Positions 55,328 through 64,000 of a stretch of 64,000 bases of DNA are shown here, piece after piece. A program made the translations under genes and the position numbers. Each line of letters begins with the position of its first letter. Positions within the stretch are counted from its first letter, which is position 1. The notes under the pieces were generated by a model. The model worked only from the letters and a program-made list of their open reading frames with translations. It was not told where the DNA came from and did not search any database. Source of the DNA: Candidatus Latescibacterota bacterium (GTDB taxonomy: Bacteria > Latescibacterota > UBA2968 > UBA8231). The stretch covers positions 2,880,001 through 2,944,000 of the forward strand of contig CBDCDC010000002.1 in the NCBI GenBank assembly GCA_965215195.1. The letters run 5' to 3'.

Positions 55328-57586
55328 TCAAAACGAAAAATTGAAGCCCAGCGTCGGCACGATGGGCAGTTGCTTGATCACCTCTGGCTCGGTCTCGGGC
55401 TTGTTCGTGTCGAACTCCACGAACCACTCGTTGCGCCGGCTGTAGAGATTGAAAATTTGCAAGTAGAACTCGACATCGAGGCTCCACAGCCCAAACTCGC
55501 GGCTGGCGCTGGCATCGAGACGGTGATAGGGCAGTAGGCGGGCGCTGTTGCGAGAGGCTGGTAGCACGTAGTCTTGCACCGATCCGGTGGCTGGCTCGCG
55601 CAGGGAATAGCGGGCCGAGGCCGGGGTGAAGGACTGTCCGGTGGCGTATACAAGGTTCGAGCCAAGACGCCATTTCCCCGCTTGGTACGAGACCACGAAA
55701 GACAGGTCGTGGCGGCGGTCGTACTTGGCGGGGAAGGCGCGCCCGCGGTTCAGTTCGGAGAAGGTGCGCCGCGTCCAGCCCAGCGTATAGCCCACCCAGC
55801 CGGTGAGTGCCCCGGTGCGCCGCTGCAAAAAGACTTCGACTCCGCTGGCCCAGCCGCTACCCCCGCTTTTGAATATGTCATCCGAGCGCGTGCCTTCGCT
55901 ATCGACGGCCACCGCGTTGTCCAGCACCACCAGATTGGCCAAGTCGGTGTAGTAGGCCTCCACGGAGAGCTGGTAGCGCCGCGAGGGATTCCACTCAGTG
56001 CCTATCACCCCCTGATACGAGCGGCCCGGCTCAACGCTATTGTCGAGCGGCACCCAGAAATCGCCGCCGCTAAAGGCTTCGGTGGTGATCAGTTGCAGGT
56101 ACTGGCGGTACATTCCAGCGGCGGCCTTGACGCGGATTTTTTCGCTGAGGGCGCGGCTGAGGGACAGCCGCGGCGCAAAGTGCAGGCGATCCCCAACGCT
56201 GAAATAAGTGCCCCGTCCTCCGAGCCGCAGCCGCGTGGTGGGCCCGGCCTGCCACTCGTCTTGGACGTAGGCCGAGGCCAGCACTGACTTCTGGTACAAG
56301 GACTGCTCTTCTTGATTGAAGGACTGGGAATAGTCGAACTCAAACAGGGTTGCCAAAAAGCCGAGGGTGAGGGTGTGATCGCGGTTGGCGAAGTAATCCA
56401 CGTCGCCCTTGAGCGACCAATCGCGGATGCTGTTGGTAACGCCGAAAGGCGTGCCGAAGAAGCTGAATAAGAGGGTGTTTTCGTACGACGAGCCGGCCGC
56501 CATGAAGTGCCCGAACAGGGTCGGCGAAAACACCCGCGTCCAGCGCGCGGTCAGGGTGCGGTTGCCCCAGCGCATGTCGACGAAAGACTCATTCTCGTAC
56601 TCATCCTCGTCTTGTAAATCGACCCACAGATCATCTTGGCCCCAGTACGTGCTCACCGTAAAGGTGTCGTCGCCCCACCGCTGGTTGACTTTGCCGTTGA
56701 AGTCGTAGAAGTAATAGTTCAAGGGGATGTCCACCCCACGAGAGCGAATGGCGCTGAGCACGGGTTCCAAGTAGGTGCGGCGGCCGGCCAGCATCCACGA
56801 CCCTTGCCCCACCGGCCCTTCGGCCAGCAAGCGGCTCGCGATTAAGCTGATACCGCCGCGGCCGCTGAAGCGCTGTCGGTTGCCCTCGCGGTTGCTCACG
56901 TCGAGTACCGCCCCGAGCGTGCGGCCGTACGCGGCCGGATAGGCCCCTTTGTAGAGCTGGACGTCCTTGATGGCGTCTGGGTTGAAGGTCGAGAAGAAGC
57001 CGAACAGGTGCGAGGGGTTGTATAGGGGGATGTGGTCGAGGAGGATGGCCGTCTGGTCGGGGCCGCCACCGCGCACGTACAGGCCGCTGCTGACATCCGA
57101 CGCCGACTGGATGCCCGGCAGCAGTTGCAAGCTGCGGAGGAGATCGGCCTCGCCAATGGCCGGCATTTGCTGCAACGGCTCAACTTGCAGGGCGATAAAG
57201 CTGCTCTGGGTGGCCTGCTCCAGCGCTTCGCGGCGCTCGGCCTCCACCACGACCTCTTCGCCAAGGTCCACTGGCTTGGGCACCAGCGCCACGTCGAACC
57301 GCACGGCCTCGTCGGCACCAAAGCGCAGCGTGTCCCACCGGGTGTGATAGCCTATGTGCGACGCGCTCACCACATGCGTACCGGCCGGCACTTGCTTGAC
57401 TGCGTAGTAGCCGCTGTTGTTGCTGACTGCCCCGAGCTGAAGCCCCTCCACCACAATAGCGGCCAAGATCAGGGCTTCGCCGTTGTCGGCATCGGTGACA
57501 AAGCCGCTCAAAGTGGCAGCCAAGGTCTGAGTCGCCAAAGGCATGGCCACCAATAAAGCCCCCAGCCAATGTCTAAGAAATGTCAT
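55328..57586 (-). CDS. TonB-dependent receptor with N-terminal CarboxypepD-like domain
   Basis: LSGFVTDADNGEAL, LQLLPGIQ, YVRGGGPDQ, YHRLD, NLY, terminal F. Confidence 0.93.
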   Translation of the reverse strand: MTFLRHWLGALLVAMPLATQTLAATLSGFVTDADNGEALILAAIVVEGLQLGAVSNNSGYYAVKQVPAGTHVVSASHIGYHTRWDTLRFGADEAVRFDVALVPKPVDLGEEVVVEAERREALEQATQSSFIALQVEPLQQMPAIGEADLLRSLQLLPGIQSASDVSSGLYVRGGGPDQTAILLDHIPLYNPSHLFGFFSTFNPDAIKDVQLYKGAYPAAYGRTLGAVLDVSNREGNRQRFSGRGGISLIASRLLAEGPVGQGSWMLAGRRTYLEPVLSAIRSRGVDIPLNYYFYDFNGKVNQRWGDDTFTVSTYWGQDDLWVDLQDEDEYENESFVDMRWGNRTLTARWTRVFSPTLFGHFMAAGSSYENTLLFSFFGTPFGVTNSIRDWSLKGDVDYFANRDHTLTLGFLATLFEFDYSQSFNQEEQSLYQKSVLASAYVQDEWQAGPTTRLRLGGRGTYFSVGDRLHFAPRLSLSRALSEKIRVKAAAGMYRQYLQLITTEAFSGGDFWVPLDNSVEPGRSYQGVIGTEWNPSRRYQLSVEAYYTDLANLVVLDNAVAVDSEGTRSDDIFKSGGSGWASGVEVFLQRRTGALTGWVGYTLGWTRRTFSELNRGRAFPAKYDRRHDLSFVVSYQAGKWRLGSNLVYATGQSFTPASARYSLREPATGSVQDYVLPASRNSARLLPYHRLDASASREFGLWSLDVEFYLQIFNLYSRRNEWFVEFDTNKPETEPEVIKQLPIVPTLGFNFSF

Positions 57587-57630
57587 GCGCTCTCCGTTTG
57601 AAACAATAAATGCGACGCGTACCATGCCCT

Positions 57631-58710
57631 TTAACCCCCTAAACCCGCTCTGCTGCTACCTCTCCGCTTAAAACGATAGTGCGACACCCACCACTCCTGC
57701 CCGCTGTTGTAGCCCCACAATTCGGCGCAGGCCATAAAGAACATACGCCAGCGCTGTAACCAACGCTGCTTTGCGGCTGCTCCGTACTGGCGTTCCAAAA
57801 TGGCGAGGGCATCCCAGTGCCGGGCGTCGAGATTGGCCAGCCAATGCTCGGCCGTGCGGGCGTAATGCCGGCCATCAACCCGCCATTGTGCCTCTAGGAC
57901 TAGATCGTCTTGGAAGTAGTGCAGCAGATCGTCGGAGGGCATGATGCCGCCAGTAAAAAAGTAACGCCCCATCCAGTTTTTCTCACCCTCGGCGACAAAG
58001 GAGTACGCGTAGAGGCGATGGACGAAGAGGTGGATGAATAGCGAGCCAGCCGGTTTGAGCCAGCCGGCGATGCGCCGCATTAACTCGCGGTAATTGCACA
58101 TGTGCTCGAACATTTCCACCGATACCACCCGGTCGTAGCGTCTCGGGGCCGCGAACTCGTTCATGTCAGCGGTGATTACCTCGACGTTGTCCAACGCTAG
58201 GGCTTGGCAGTGCCCTTCGATAAAGTCGCGCTGCAACGTTGAATTGGACACGGCGGTGATGCGGCTACCGGGATAATGCTGCGCCATCCACAGGGTCAGC
58301 GAGCCCCAACCACAGCCTAGTTCCAGCACTTCTTGGCCGTCTTGCAAATCGGCGCGCTGACAGGTCAGTTCCAGCATGGCCGCTTCGGCTTGGTCTAGGC
58401 TGGCCGTGTCCGCAGGGAAGTAACAGCTACTGTACTTGAGATGACGGCCCAAGACCAGTTGGAAAAACTCGGGCGGGAGCTCGTAGTGCTGCTCGTTGGC
58501 ACTCTGCGTATGCCGGGCGATGGGCGCCTGATTCATCGAGGCGATGAAGCGGCATTTGGCCGCCTGCTCGGCCTCGCAGTCGGCGCCTCGCTCTTGCCGC
58601 AGACGTTCGCGATTGAGGCGGCGAATGCCCCAGCGGATAAGGGCATCGGGCAACAGGCCCCGCTCGGCCCAAGCGATCGCGTTCAAGGACGTTCCCTGCG
58701 GGGAAACCAC
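57631..58710 (-). CDS. Cfa/CMAS-like SAM-dependent methyltransferase
   Basis: [41 protein letters not shown]. Confidence 0.9.
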   Translation of the reverse strand: MVSPQGTSLNAIAWAERGLLPDALIRWGIRRLNRERLRQERGADCEAEQAAKCRFIASMNQAPIARHTQSANEQHYELPPEFFQLVLGRHLKYSSCYFPADTASLDQAEAAMLELTCQRADLQDGQEVLELGCGWGSLTLWMAQHYPGSRITAVSNSTLQRDFIEGHCQALALDNVEVITADMNEFAAPRRYDRVVSVEMFEHMCNYRELMRRIAGWLKPAGSLFIHLFVHRLYAYSFVAEGEKNWMGRYFFTGGIMPSDDLLHYFQDDLVLEAQWRVDGRHYARTAEHWLANLDARHWDALAILERQYGAAAKQRWLQRWRMFFMACAELWGYNSGQEWWVSHYRFKRRGSSRAGLGG

Positions 58711-59471
58711 GGAATAAAGGGACTGGTGGTGCGCTGATAGCGGCGGTAGTCCTCGCCGCGGCTGACTAGGGCCCGCTTTTCAGCGTAGGGGATACCCGTC
58801 ACGCGGCACAGCAGAAACAACATCAGCCCCGGCCCGATCCAAGCCAACCACCCGCTCGCAGACCCGATCGCCATGACTGGGTAGGCCCACCAGTGGATCC
58901 ATTCAAAAAAATAGTTGGGATGGCGCGAATAGCGCCACAGGCCGCGATCGCAGGTGCGTTCGCGGTTAGCGGCTTGGCCGCGAAAGGCCGCCAATTGGCG
59001 GTCCGCCACCCATTCGCCGACCACGGCTACTGTCCAGACCAGCAGACCAGCGACGTCCCAAGCAGTCCAGCCCACCTGAGCTTTGGCCGCCACGGCGACA
59101 AAAGGCAGACCGAATAAGACTATCAGCAGGGCCTGCGCTTGGAATAGGTAGAAAAAGTGCCGCTGGGCCTTGGCACCCCAGTGGGCCCGCAGCATTTGGT
59201 AGCGGCCGTCCTCTTGCGCGGCCCGTACTAGCCGATCCATTAGCAGATAAGCGGTCAGGCGGAAGGACCACACCGCGCCCATTATACCAAGCAAAAGCCG
59301 CCGCGGCTGCCAGCCGTCCCCGCTGTAGGCTGCGGCCACGGCCACCAGCCCAATGCCAGCAGCCCAGCCCACGTCAACGACGCCGGCATCGCCCCGACGC
59401 CGCTGTAGCCAATACAGCGCGGCCATGCTCGCCATGGCTACCGGCAGACTATAGGCCAATATGCTCAACAC
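58683..59471 (-). CDS. DUF1295 (steroid 5-alpha-reductase-like) membrane protein
   Basis: [42 protein letters not shown]. Confidence 0.9.
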   Translation of the reverse strand: MLSILAYSLPVAMASMAALYWLQRRRGDAGVVDVGWAAGIGLVAVAAAYSGDGWQPRRLLLGIMGAVWSFRLTAYLLMDRLVRAAQEDGRYQMLRAHWGAKAQRHFFYLFQAQALLIVLFGLPFVAVAAKAQVGWTAWDVAGLLVWTVAVVGEWVADRQLAAFRGQAANRERTCDRGLWRYSRHPNYFFEWIHWWAYPVMAIGSASGWLAWIGPGLMLFLLCRVTGIPYAEKRALVSRGEDYRRYQRTTSPFIPWFPRRERP

Positions 59472-59476
59472 GCGCC

Positions 59477-60769
59477 CTAAATCTGACCGTGACCAATCTC
59501 GGGCAACTGCGCCGAGCGCCGGTTGGCCGGACGGGCCAAGAGCATTTGCACATCGGATATGTAGCGCTCTTCAAAGCCGCCGATGCAATACGAAAAATAG
59601 AAGTCCCACATGCGGATAAATTCCTCGGTAAAGCCTAGCTGCCGCACTTGTTCCTCTGCGTCCCCAAAACGCGCCCGCCAAGCCCGCAAGGTGCGGGCGT
59701 AGTGCGGACCAATGTCCTCCAAGTGTACCAAGCGCATATCCGTGGCCGCCGCCAGCGAGCGGCTGATGGCCGCCACCGACGGAATGCAGCTACCCGGAAA
59801 GACATAGGCCTTGATGAAATCGACCGAGCGACGCGCCCGTTCGTAGGCCCAATCGCCAATGACGATGGCCTGTAACAGCATCAGTCCCTCGGGCTTGAGC
59901 AGGTGGGCACAACAGCCGAAATAGGTGTCGAAGTAGTGATGGCCCACGGCTTCAATCATCTCTATGGAGACCAGTTTGTCGTACTGACCCTGCAGATCGC
60001 GGTAGTCCGCCAACACCACTTCCACCCGGCCATCCAAGCCGGCCGCGCGCACTCGTCGACGAGCTAGTTCGTACTGTTGCTGCGAAATGGTCGCCGTGGT
60101 CACCCGGCAGCCGTACTGGCGAGCCGCGTACAAGGCGAAGCCGCCCCATCCGGCCCCGATTTCCAACAGATGGTCCTCGGGCACTAGGGCGAGCTTTTTG
60201 CAGATGCGATCCACTTTGTAGCGGGATGCCTCTTCCAGCGAACTGTCTGGGCGTGGGAATACGGCGCTGGAATACATCATGTCGTCGTCGAGGAAGAGGC
60301 GGAAAAAGTCGTTGCTCAAGTCGTAGTGGGCGGCGATGTTGCGCCGGCTACCCCGGAGCGTATTGCGCTTGAGGGCGTGCCCCAACATGCGGGCCGGCGC
60401 GGCCAACCGGGCCCAACCTCGCTCGCGCTGCTGCATCCACTCCATATTGGCTACTGCCAAGCGGCACATCGCCGGCAGATCGTCGCAGCTCCACCACCCT
60501 TGCATGTAGGCTTCTGCTGCGCCGATGGTGCCCCCGAGGGCCAAGGTGCGGAAGAACCGCGGATGGTGAACCTGCAAAACCACTTGGGGACCGTCTGCGC
60601 CCCGCCCGAAAGTGCGGTGCTGTTCGCCTTCGACTAGGCAAATCGCCCCGCGCTGCAAGCGCCGCAGTTGCCTCAACACGAATCGCCGCGCCCAGCGCTC
60701 TGGCCAGCCGCCGAGGTCGGTGGGCCGTTTTTTAACTGCGGGGGAGAGAGCCACTTGCGCCATAGTCAT
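59477..60769 (-). CDS. cfa: Cyclopropane-fatty-acyl-phospholipid synthase family methyltransferase
   Basis: [52 protein letters not shown]. Confidence 0.9.
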   Translation of the reverse strand: MTMAQVALSPAVKKRPTDLGGWPERWARRFVLRQLRRLQRGAICLVEGEQHRTFGRGADGPQVVLQVHHPRFFRTLALGGTIGAAEAYMQGWWSCDDLPAMCRLAVANMEWMQQRERGWARLAAPARMLGHALKRNTLRGSRRNIAAHYDLSNDFFRLFLDDDMMYSSAVFPRPDSSLEEASRYKVDRICKKLALVPEDHLLEIGAGWGGFALYAARQYGCRVTTATISQQQYELARRRVRAAGLDGRVEVVLADYRDLQGQYDKLVSIEMIEAVGHHYFDTYFGCCAHLLKPEGLMLLQAIVIGDWAYERARRSVDFIKAYVFPGSCIPSVAAISRSLAAATDMRLVHLEDIGPHYARTLRAWRARFGDAEEQVRQLGFTEEFIRMWDFYFSYCIGGFEERYISDVQMLLARPANRRSAQLPEIGHGQI

Positions 60770-61535
60770 TTTCCTTTGTCGACGACTTGGGATGAGGGTA
60801 GAACGGACAGCGCTTGAGCCACAGCTTTAGAGCCTGCCAGTGAATGGCGCCAATGATTTTTGTCGTTATCAGCGGATACTGCACCAGTACCCGCGCCAGC
60901 GCGGCCGCGCTTATTTTGCGCCGCTGTAGTACCAGCGTGGCGTCGAATAAATGACTGCCATCCTGCCAATTATCCATGTGTACTGCCAGCGTGCGCTGTG
61001 GCATCGTAAAGCGCCAAGTGTAGTCCTGCTGCATGGCCATGAAGGGCGAAACGTGGAAGGACTTGGAGAATTGGTAGCACTTGTGCGCTCCGCGGCCGCG
61101 GTCGAGACCTTGGTGCAAGACGTAGCAGTGCTGTTCGCCCCAAGGGGTATTATTTACCTCTCCGACCACGGTCTCGACGCGCCTATCGGCGTGGTCGAAG
61201 CAATAGTAAAAGCTGACGGGGTTGAAGCCGTATCCGCCGTAGCGCAGGTGGGTCAGCAGGCGGATCGGCCCGTCGGGATAGCGTCCGCTCTCGTCTTTGA
61301 CCAATTGCCGCACGCAGTCTTGTAGAGGATGCTGCGGCGCACCCAAGTGATCGGCGCGCCGGAAATAGGCCACATTAGGCCGCTCCGACGACCACAGCCA
61401 ATGCCCGTCGAACACGTTGGGCAATTCGGCTAAATCGAGGTACATCATAAAGAGTCGGTACTCAAAGGCGTGGACCACCGGCGCAAAGCGGCGATGCCGC
61501 ACCCATCCTTCGTATATGCAGCTATGCTGGTTCAC
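60732..61535 (-). CDS. DUF1365 family protein
   Basis: [50 protein letters not shown]; GTG start. Confidence 0.92.
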   Translation of the reverse strand: MNQHSCIYEGWVRHRRFAPVVHAFEYRLFMMYLDLAELPNVFDGHWLWSSERPNVAYFRRADHLGAPQHPLQDCVRQLVKDESGRYPDGPIRLLTHLRYGGYGFNPVSFYYCFDHADRRVETVVGEVNNTPWGEQHCYVLHQGLDRGRGAHKCYQFSKSFHVSPFMAMQQDYTWRFTMPQRTLAVHMDNWQDGSHLFDATLVLQRRKISAAALARVLVQYPLITTKIIGAIHWQALKLWLKRCPFYPHPKSSTKENDYGASGSLPRS

Positions 61536-62794
61536 AATGCCTTGCCAAAGCGCTGCGCCACTTCCAAGGCACTGACGACCCCGTCCTCGTGAAAACCAAA
61601 GCCCCAATAGGCCCCGCAGTAGTGGATGCGATCGACCCCGTCGATGCGCGACCGCTGCTTTTGCGCGGCTAGTGAGGCTGGCGAATAGGCCGGGTGGTGA
61701 TAGGTCATGCGGGAGATGATCCGCTCTGGAGCAATATCGCTGGTGCGGTTGAGGCTGACGCAGAAGGGCCAGCGGCTCTTCAGACTCTGGAGGCTGTTCA
61801 TATTGTAGGTGACGGTAGCCGCGCCTCCCTCGTCGGGCGGGATGTAGTAATTCCAGCTAGCCCAAGCGCGCCGGCGCTTGGGCAACACGGACTCGTCAGT
61901 GTGCAGTGCGACCTCGTTGGCCTGATATGGTATGGCCCCCAGAACTTGGCGCTCGGCCGGGGTAGGCTCGGCCAATAGCCGCAGTGCTTGGTCGCTGTGT
62001 ACGGCCAAGATGACCTCGTCGAAGCGCTCGGGCTGTCCAGCTTGGGGATGCACTTCCACGCCTTGGTGCAAACGCCGCACGGAAGCCACGGGGCAATTGA
62101 CTCGAATGCGCTCTCTAAAGGGGCGGATCAGCACCTCGACGTAGCGCTGCGAGCCTCCTTTGATGACGCGCCAAGGCGTCCGCCCGCGCACTTGCAAAAA
62201 GGCGTGGTTGGCGAAAAACTGGACGAAGTAGCGCGCTGGGAACTCGTACATGCGGCCGGGCAAGGCCGACCACAGCGCCGATCCCAATGGGATGATGTGG
62301 TGTTGGACAAAAGCCTTGGAATAGCCATTGTCGGCGAGGTAGTCCCCGAGGGTCGTCGCGTCATTGGGATCGCGCAATAGTTCTGGTGCGGTGCGATTGA
62401 AACGCAGGATATCGGCTAACATGCGGTAGAACGACGGCCGCAGCGCATTGCGCCGCTGGGCCAACAAGCGGCTCAGTGGTGTGCTGGCGTATTCGAGACC
62501 GGTGCGGCCGCACTTGACGCTGAAACTCATTTGGGTCGGCTGAGAAGCCACGCCCAAACGCTGCAATAGGCGATTGAACTGCGGGTAGTTGGGTTCGTTG
62601 AAGACGATAAAGCCCGTATCCACCGCATAGGAGCGCCCCTCCTGTTCCACGTCTAAGGTATGGGTATGGCCGCCTATATAATCGTTGGCTTCAAACAGGG
62701 TAACGCGGTGATCTGGGTGCAGCAGATAGGCTGCCACCAAGCCAGAAATACCGCCTCCTACCACGGCGATATGCCGCCCCTGCGTCGGCTTCAT
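61532..62794 (-). CDS. FAD-dependent oxidoreductase (amine-oxidase-like)
   Basis: [26 protein letters not shown]...[21 protein letters not shown]. Confidence 0.92.
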   Translation of the reverse strand: MKPTQGRHIAVVGGGISGLVAAYLLHPDHRVTLFEANDYIGGHTHTLDVEQEGRSYAVDTGFIVFNEPNYPQFNRLLQRLGVASQPTQMSFSVKCGRTGLEYASTPLSRLLAQRRNALRPSFYRMLADILRFNRTAPELLRDPNDATTLGDYLADNGYSKAFVQHHIIPLGSALWSALPGRMYEFPARYFVQFFANHAFLQVRGRTPWRVIKGGSQRYVEVLIRPFRERIRVNCPVASVRRLHQGVEVHPQAGQPERFDEVILAVHSDQALRLLAEPTPAERQVLGAIPYQANEVALHTDESVLPKRRRAWASWNYYIPPDEGGAATVTYNMNSLQSLKSRWPFCVSLNRTSDIAPERIISRMTYHHPAYSPASLAAQKQRSRIDGVDRIHYCGAYWGFGFHEDGVVSALEVAQRFGKAL

Positions 62795-63771
62795 GGCCCG
62801 CTGACGGCGCGGTCGTAAACCCGCTCGGGCACTGGCCTGAGATCGCGCACCAGACCGATCCAAGACAGCACTTTGAGCAGGTAATAGGTCGGATCGAACT
62901 CCCACCAGTAAAAACCCTGACGCGCCGCCCCTGGATAATAATGGTGATTGTTGTGCCAGCCCTCGCCCATGGTGATTAGCGCCAGCCAAAAATTATTGCG
63001 GCTGTGATCCCGGGTGGCAAAGCGGCGGCGACCAAAAAGATGGGAGAGCGAATTGATGGTACACGTGCCGTGGAACAGGACGATGGTGGAAATGGAAAAG
63101 CCCCAGACGAGCATCTGCCAGCCGTTGGTCTGCGACGCGGGAAAGCGGCTGCCGCAATACTCCCCCAAGGCGTACATCGCCGCGGCTAGCAAAGCGGGTA
63201 CGATGATGTCGAAACGGTCGAGAAAGCGCAACTCGGGGAAACGGGCTAGGTCGCGCACATTGTATAGGCGAGTGGGGAAATTCGACCGCGAGGTAATCCA
63301 CAGGACGTGGCTCCACCAAAACCCATGCTCTTTGGGCGAATGCACATCGCCGGCGACATCGGAGTGGCGATGGTGGTGGCGGTGGTGCCCGGCCCACCAC
63401 AACGGCCCGCGCTGCACTGCCGTATTGCCCAGCACGGCAAAGAGGAACTGCCCGGCCCGCGAGGTCTTGAATGCGCGGTGCGAAAAGTAGCGGTGGTAAA
63501 ACCCCGTTATGGCGAACATCCGCGCCCAATAGGCCAAGACGGCCACGGCCACGGCTAAGGGGCTCCAACCGACCCACAAAACTCCGAGGCAACTCAAGTG
63601 CAGCGCCGCAAAAGGCAACATGCGCAACCAATCGACCTGCCGCTCGTCTTCGGCGACCGCGGCGATCGCGGCGTCATCGCCCTTAAACCAGCGCAGGAAA
63701 GCTAGCCGCCAGCCTTTGAGTGGCCGCGTTTGGCCCTCGACTACCTGATTTCCATCTGTCAATTGTCTCAC
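62791..63771 (-). CDS. Delta-9-type acyl-lipid/acyl-CoA desaturase
   Basis: His boxes HRYFSH, HRHHH, GEGWHNNHH. Confidence 0.94.
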   Translation of the reverse strand: MRQLTDGNQVVEGQTRPLKGWRLAFLRWFKGDDAAIAAVAEDERQVDWLRMLPFAALHLSCLGVLWVGWSPLAVAVAVLAYWARMFAITGFYHRYFSHRAFKTSRAGQFLFAVLGNTAVQRGPLWWAGHHRHHHRHSDVAGDVHSPKEHGFWWSHVLWITSRSNFPTRLYNVRDLARFPELRFLDRFDIIVPALLAAAMYALGEYCGSRFPASQTNGWQMLVWGFSISTIVLFHGTCTINSLSHLFGRRRFATRDHSRNNFWLALITMGEGWHNNHHYYPGAARQGFYWWEFDPTYYLLKVLSWIGLVRDLRPVPERVYDRAVSGP

Positions 63772-64000
63772 CTTTGGGTCGGTATGGTCTCTTGGCGCAA
63801 GAGACTCAAGGAATCGCGCAAATCATTCAGGTTGGCTAGGGTAACGACCTTGGCTTGGTTGAGAAAAGGCCGGTAATGCTGGGCGGCCCGGCCACCGACC
63901 AACAGGGCAATATCGTCGCTCAGCAGACGGCGCAATTTGGTCAACTCTCCGCCGAGATGGGGATCGTCGCCCGGATAGATGATGCTGAGGAGGACGGCCT
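63768..64000 (-). CDS. C-terminus of a probable B12-binding MerR (CarH/LitR-like) regulator, 5' part outside window
   Basis: Hand translation AVLLSIIYPGDDPHLGGELTKLRRLLSDDIALLVGGRAA...QR*; S...VGG cobalamin-binding Rossmann end; GTGA overlap with the desaturase start. Confidence 0.6.
   Translation of the reverse strand, partial: AVLLSIIYPGDDPHLGGELTKLRRLLSDDIALLVGGRAAQHYRPFLNQAKVVTLANLNDLRDSLSLLRQETIPTQR

Noticed and set aside
1-64000. tRNA, rRNA, prophage or integrase genes
   Set aside because: No cloverleaf, rRNA-like tract, phage structural gene or tyrosine/serine recombinase recognised by eye

Overview
A 64 kb bacterial chromosomal window, mostly GC-rich with several AT-richer islets. 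The gene content (three PhyH dioxygenases, Gfo/Idh/MocA oxidoreductases, ankyrin and FGE-sulfatase domains, Rpn) resembles uncultured sponge-symbiont-type bacteria, which is inference only. No rRNA, tRNA or CRISPR array is visible. The most striking locus (7.3-20.4 kb) is a co-oriented Ser/Thr phospho-signalling cluster. It has three kinases sharing a closely related catalytic domain but with different C-termini, five FHA proteins (two fused to exported trypsin domains, one active and one catalytically dead), a membrane PP2C, and a MotA/ExbB channel paired with an ExbD/MotB-like TM-vWA protein. The first kinase ends in an FGE-sulfatase/CLec domain whose last ~130 nt carry the codon signature of a DGR variable region, followed by a pyrimidine tract and hairpins; no RT or template repeat lies in the window. 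A second accessory region (28.7-44.6 kb) holds an IS982-like insertion, a SWIM protein, a macro domain, a DUF3800 gene with its own promoter and structured leader RNA, an eroded type ISP R-M gene, a Panacea (DUF4065) pair and an Rpn nuclease with an internal start. Several of these cargo genes are bracketed by direct duplications of neighbouring gene ends. The rest is metabolism and transport (CoA transferase, pheA, pnuC, modABC, DinG-like helicase, mtnP, nagB, ferritin, TBDR) plus a desaturase/cfa/DUF1365/DUF1295 lipid-modification operon behind a probable B12-binding MerR regulator.
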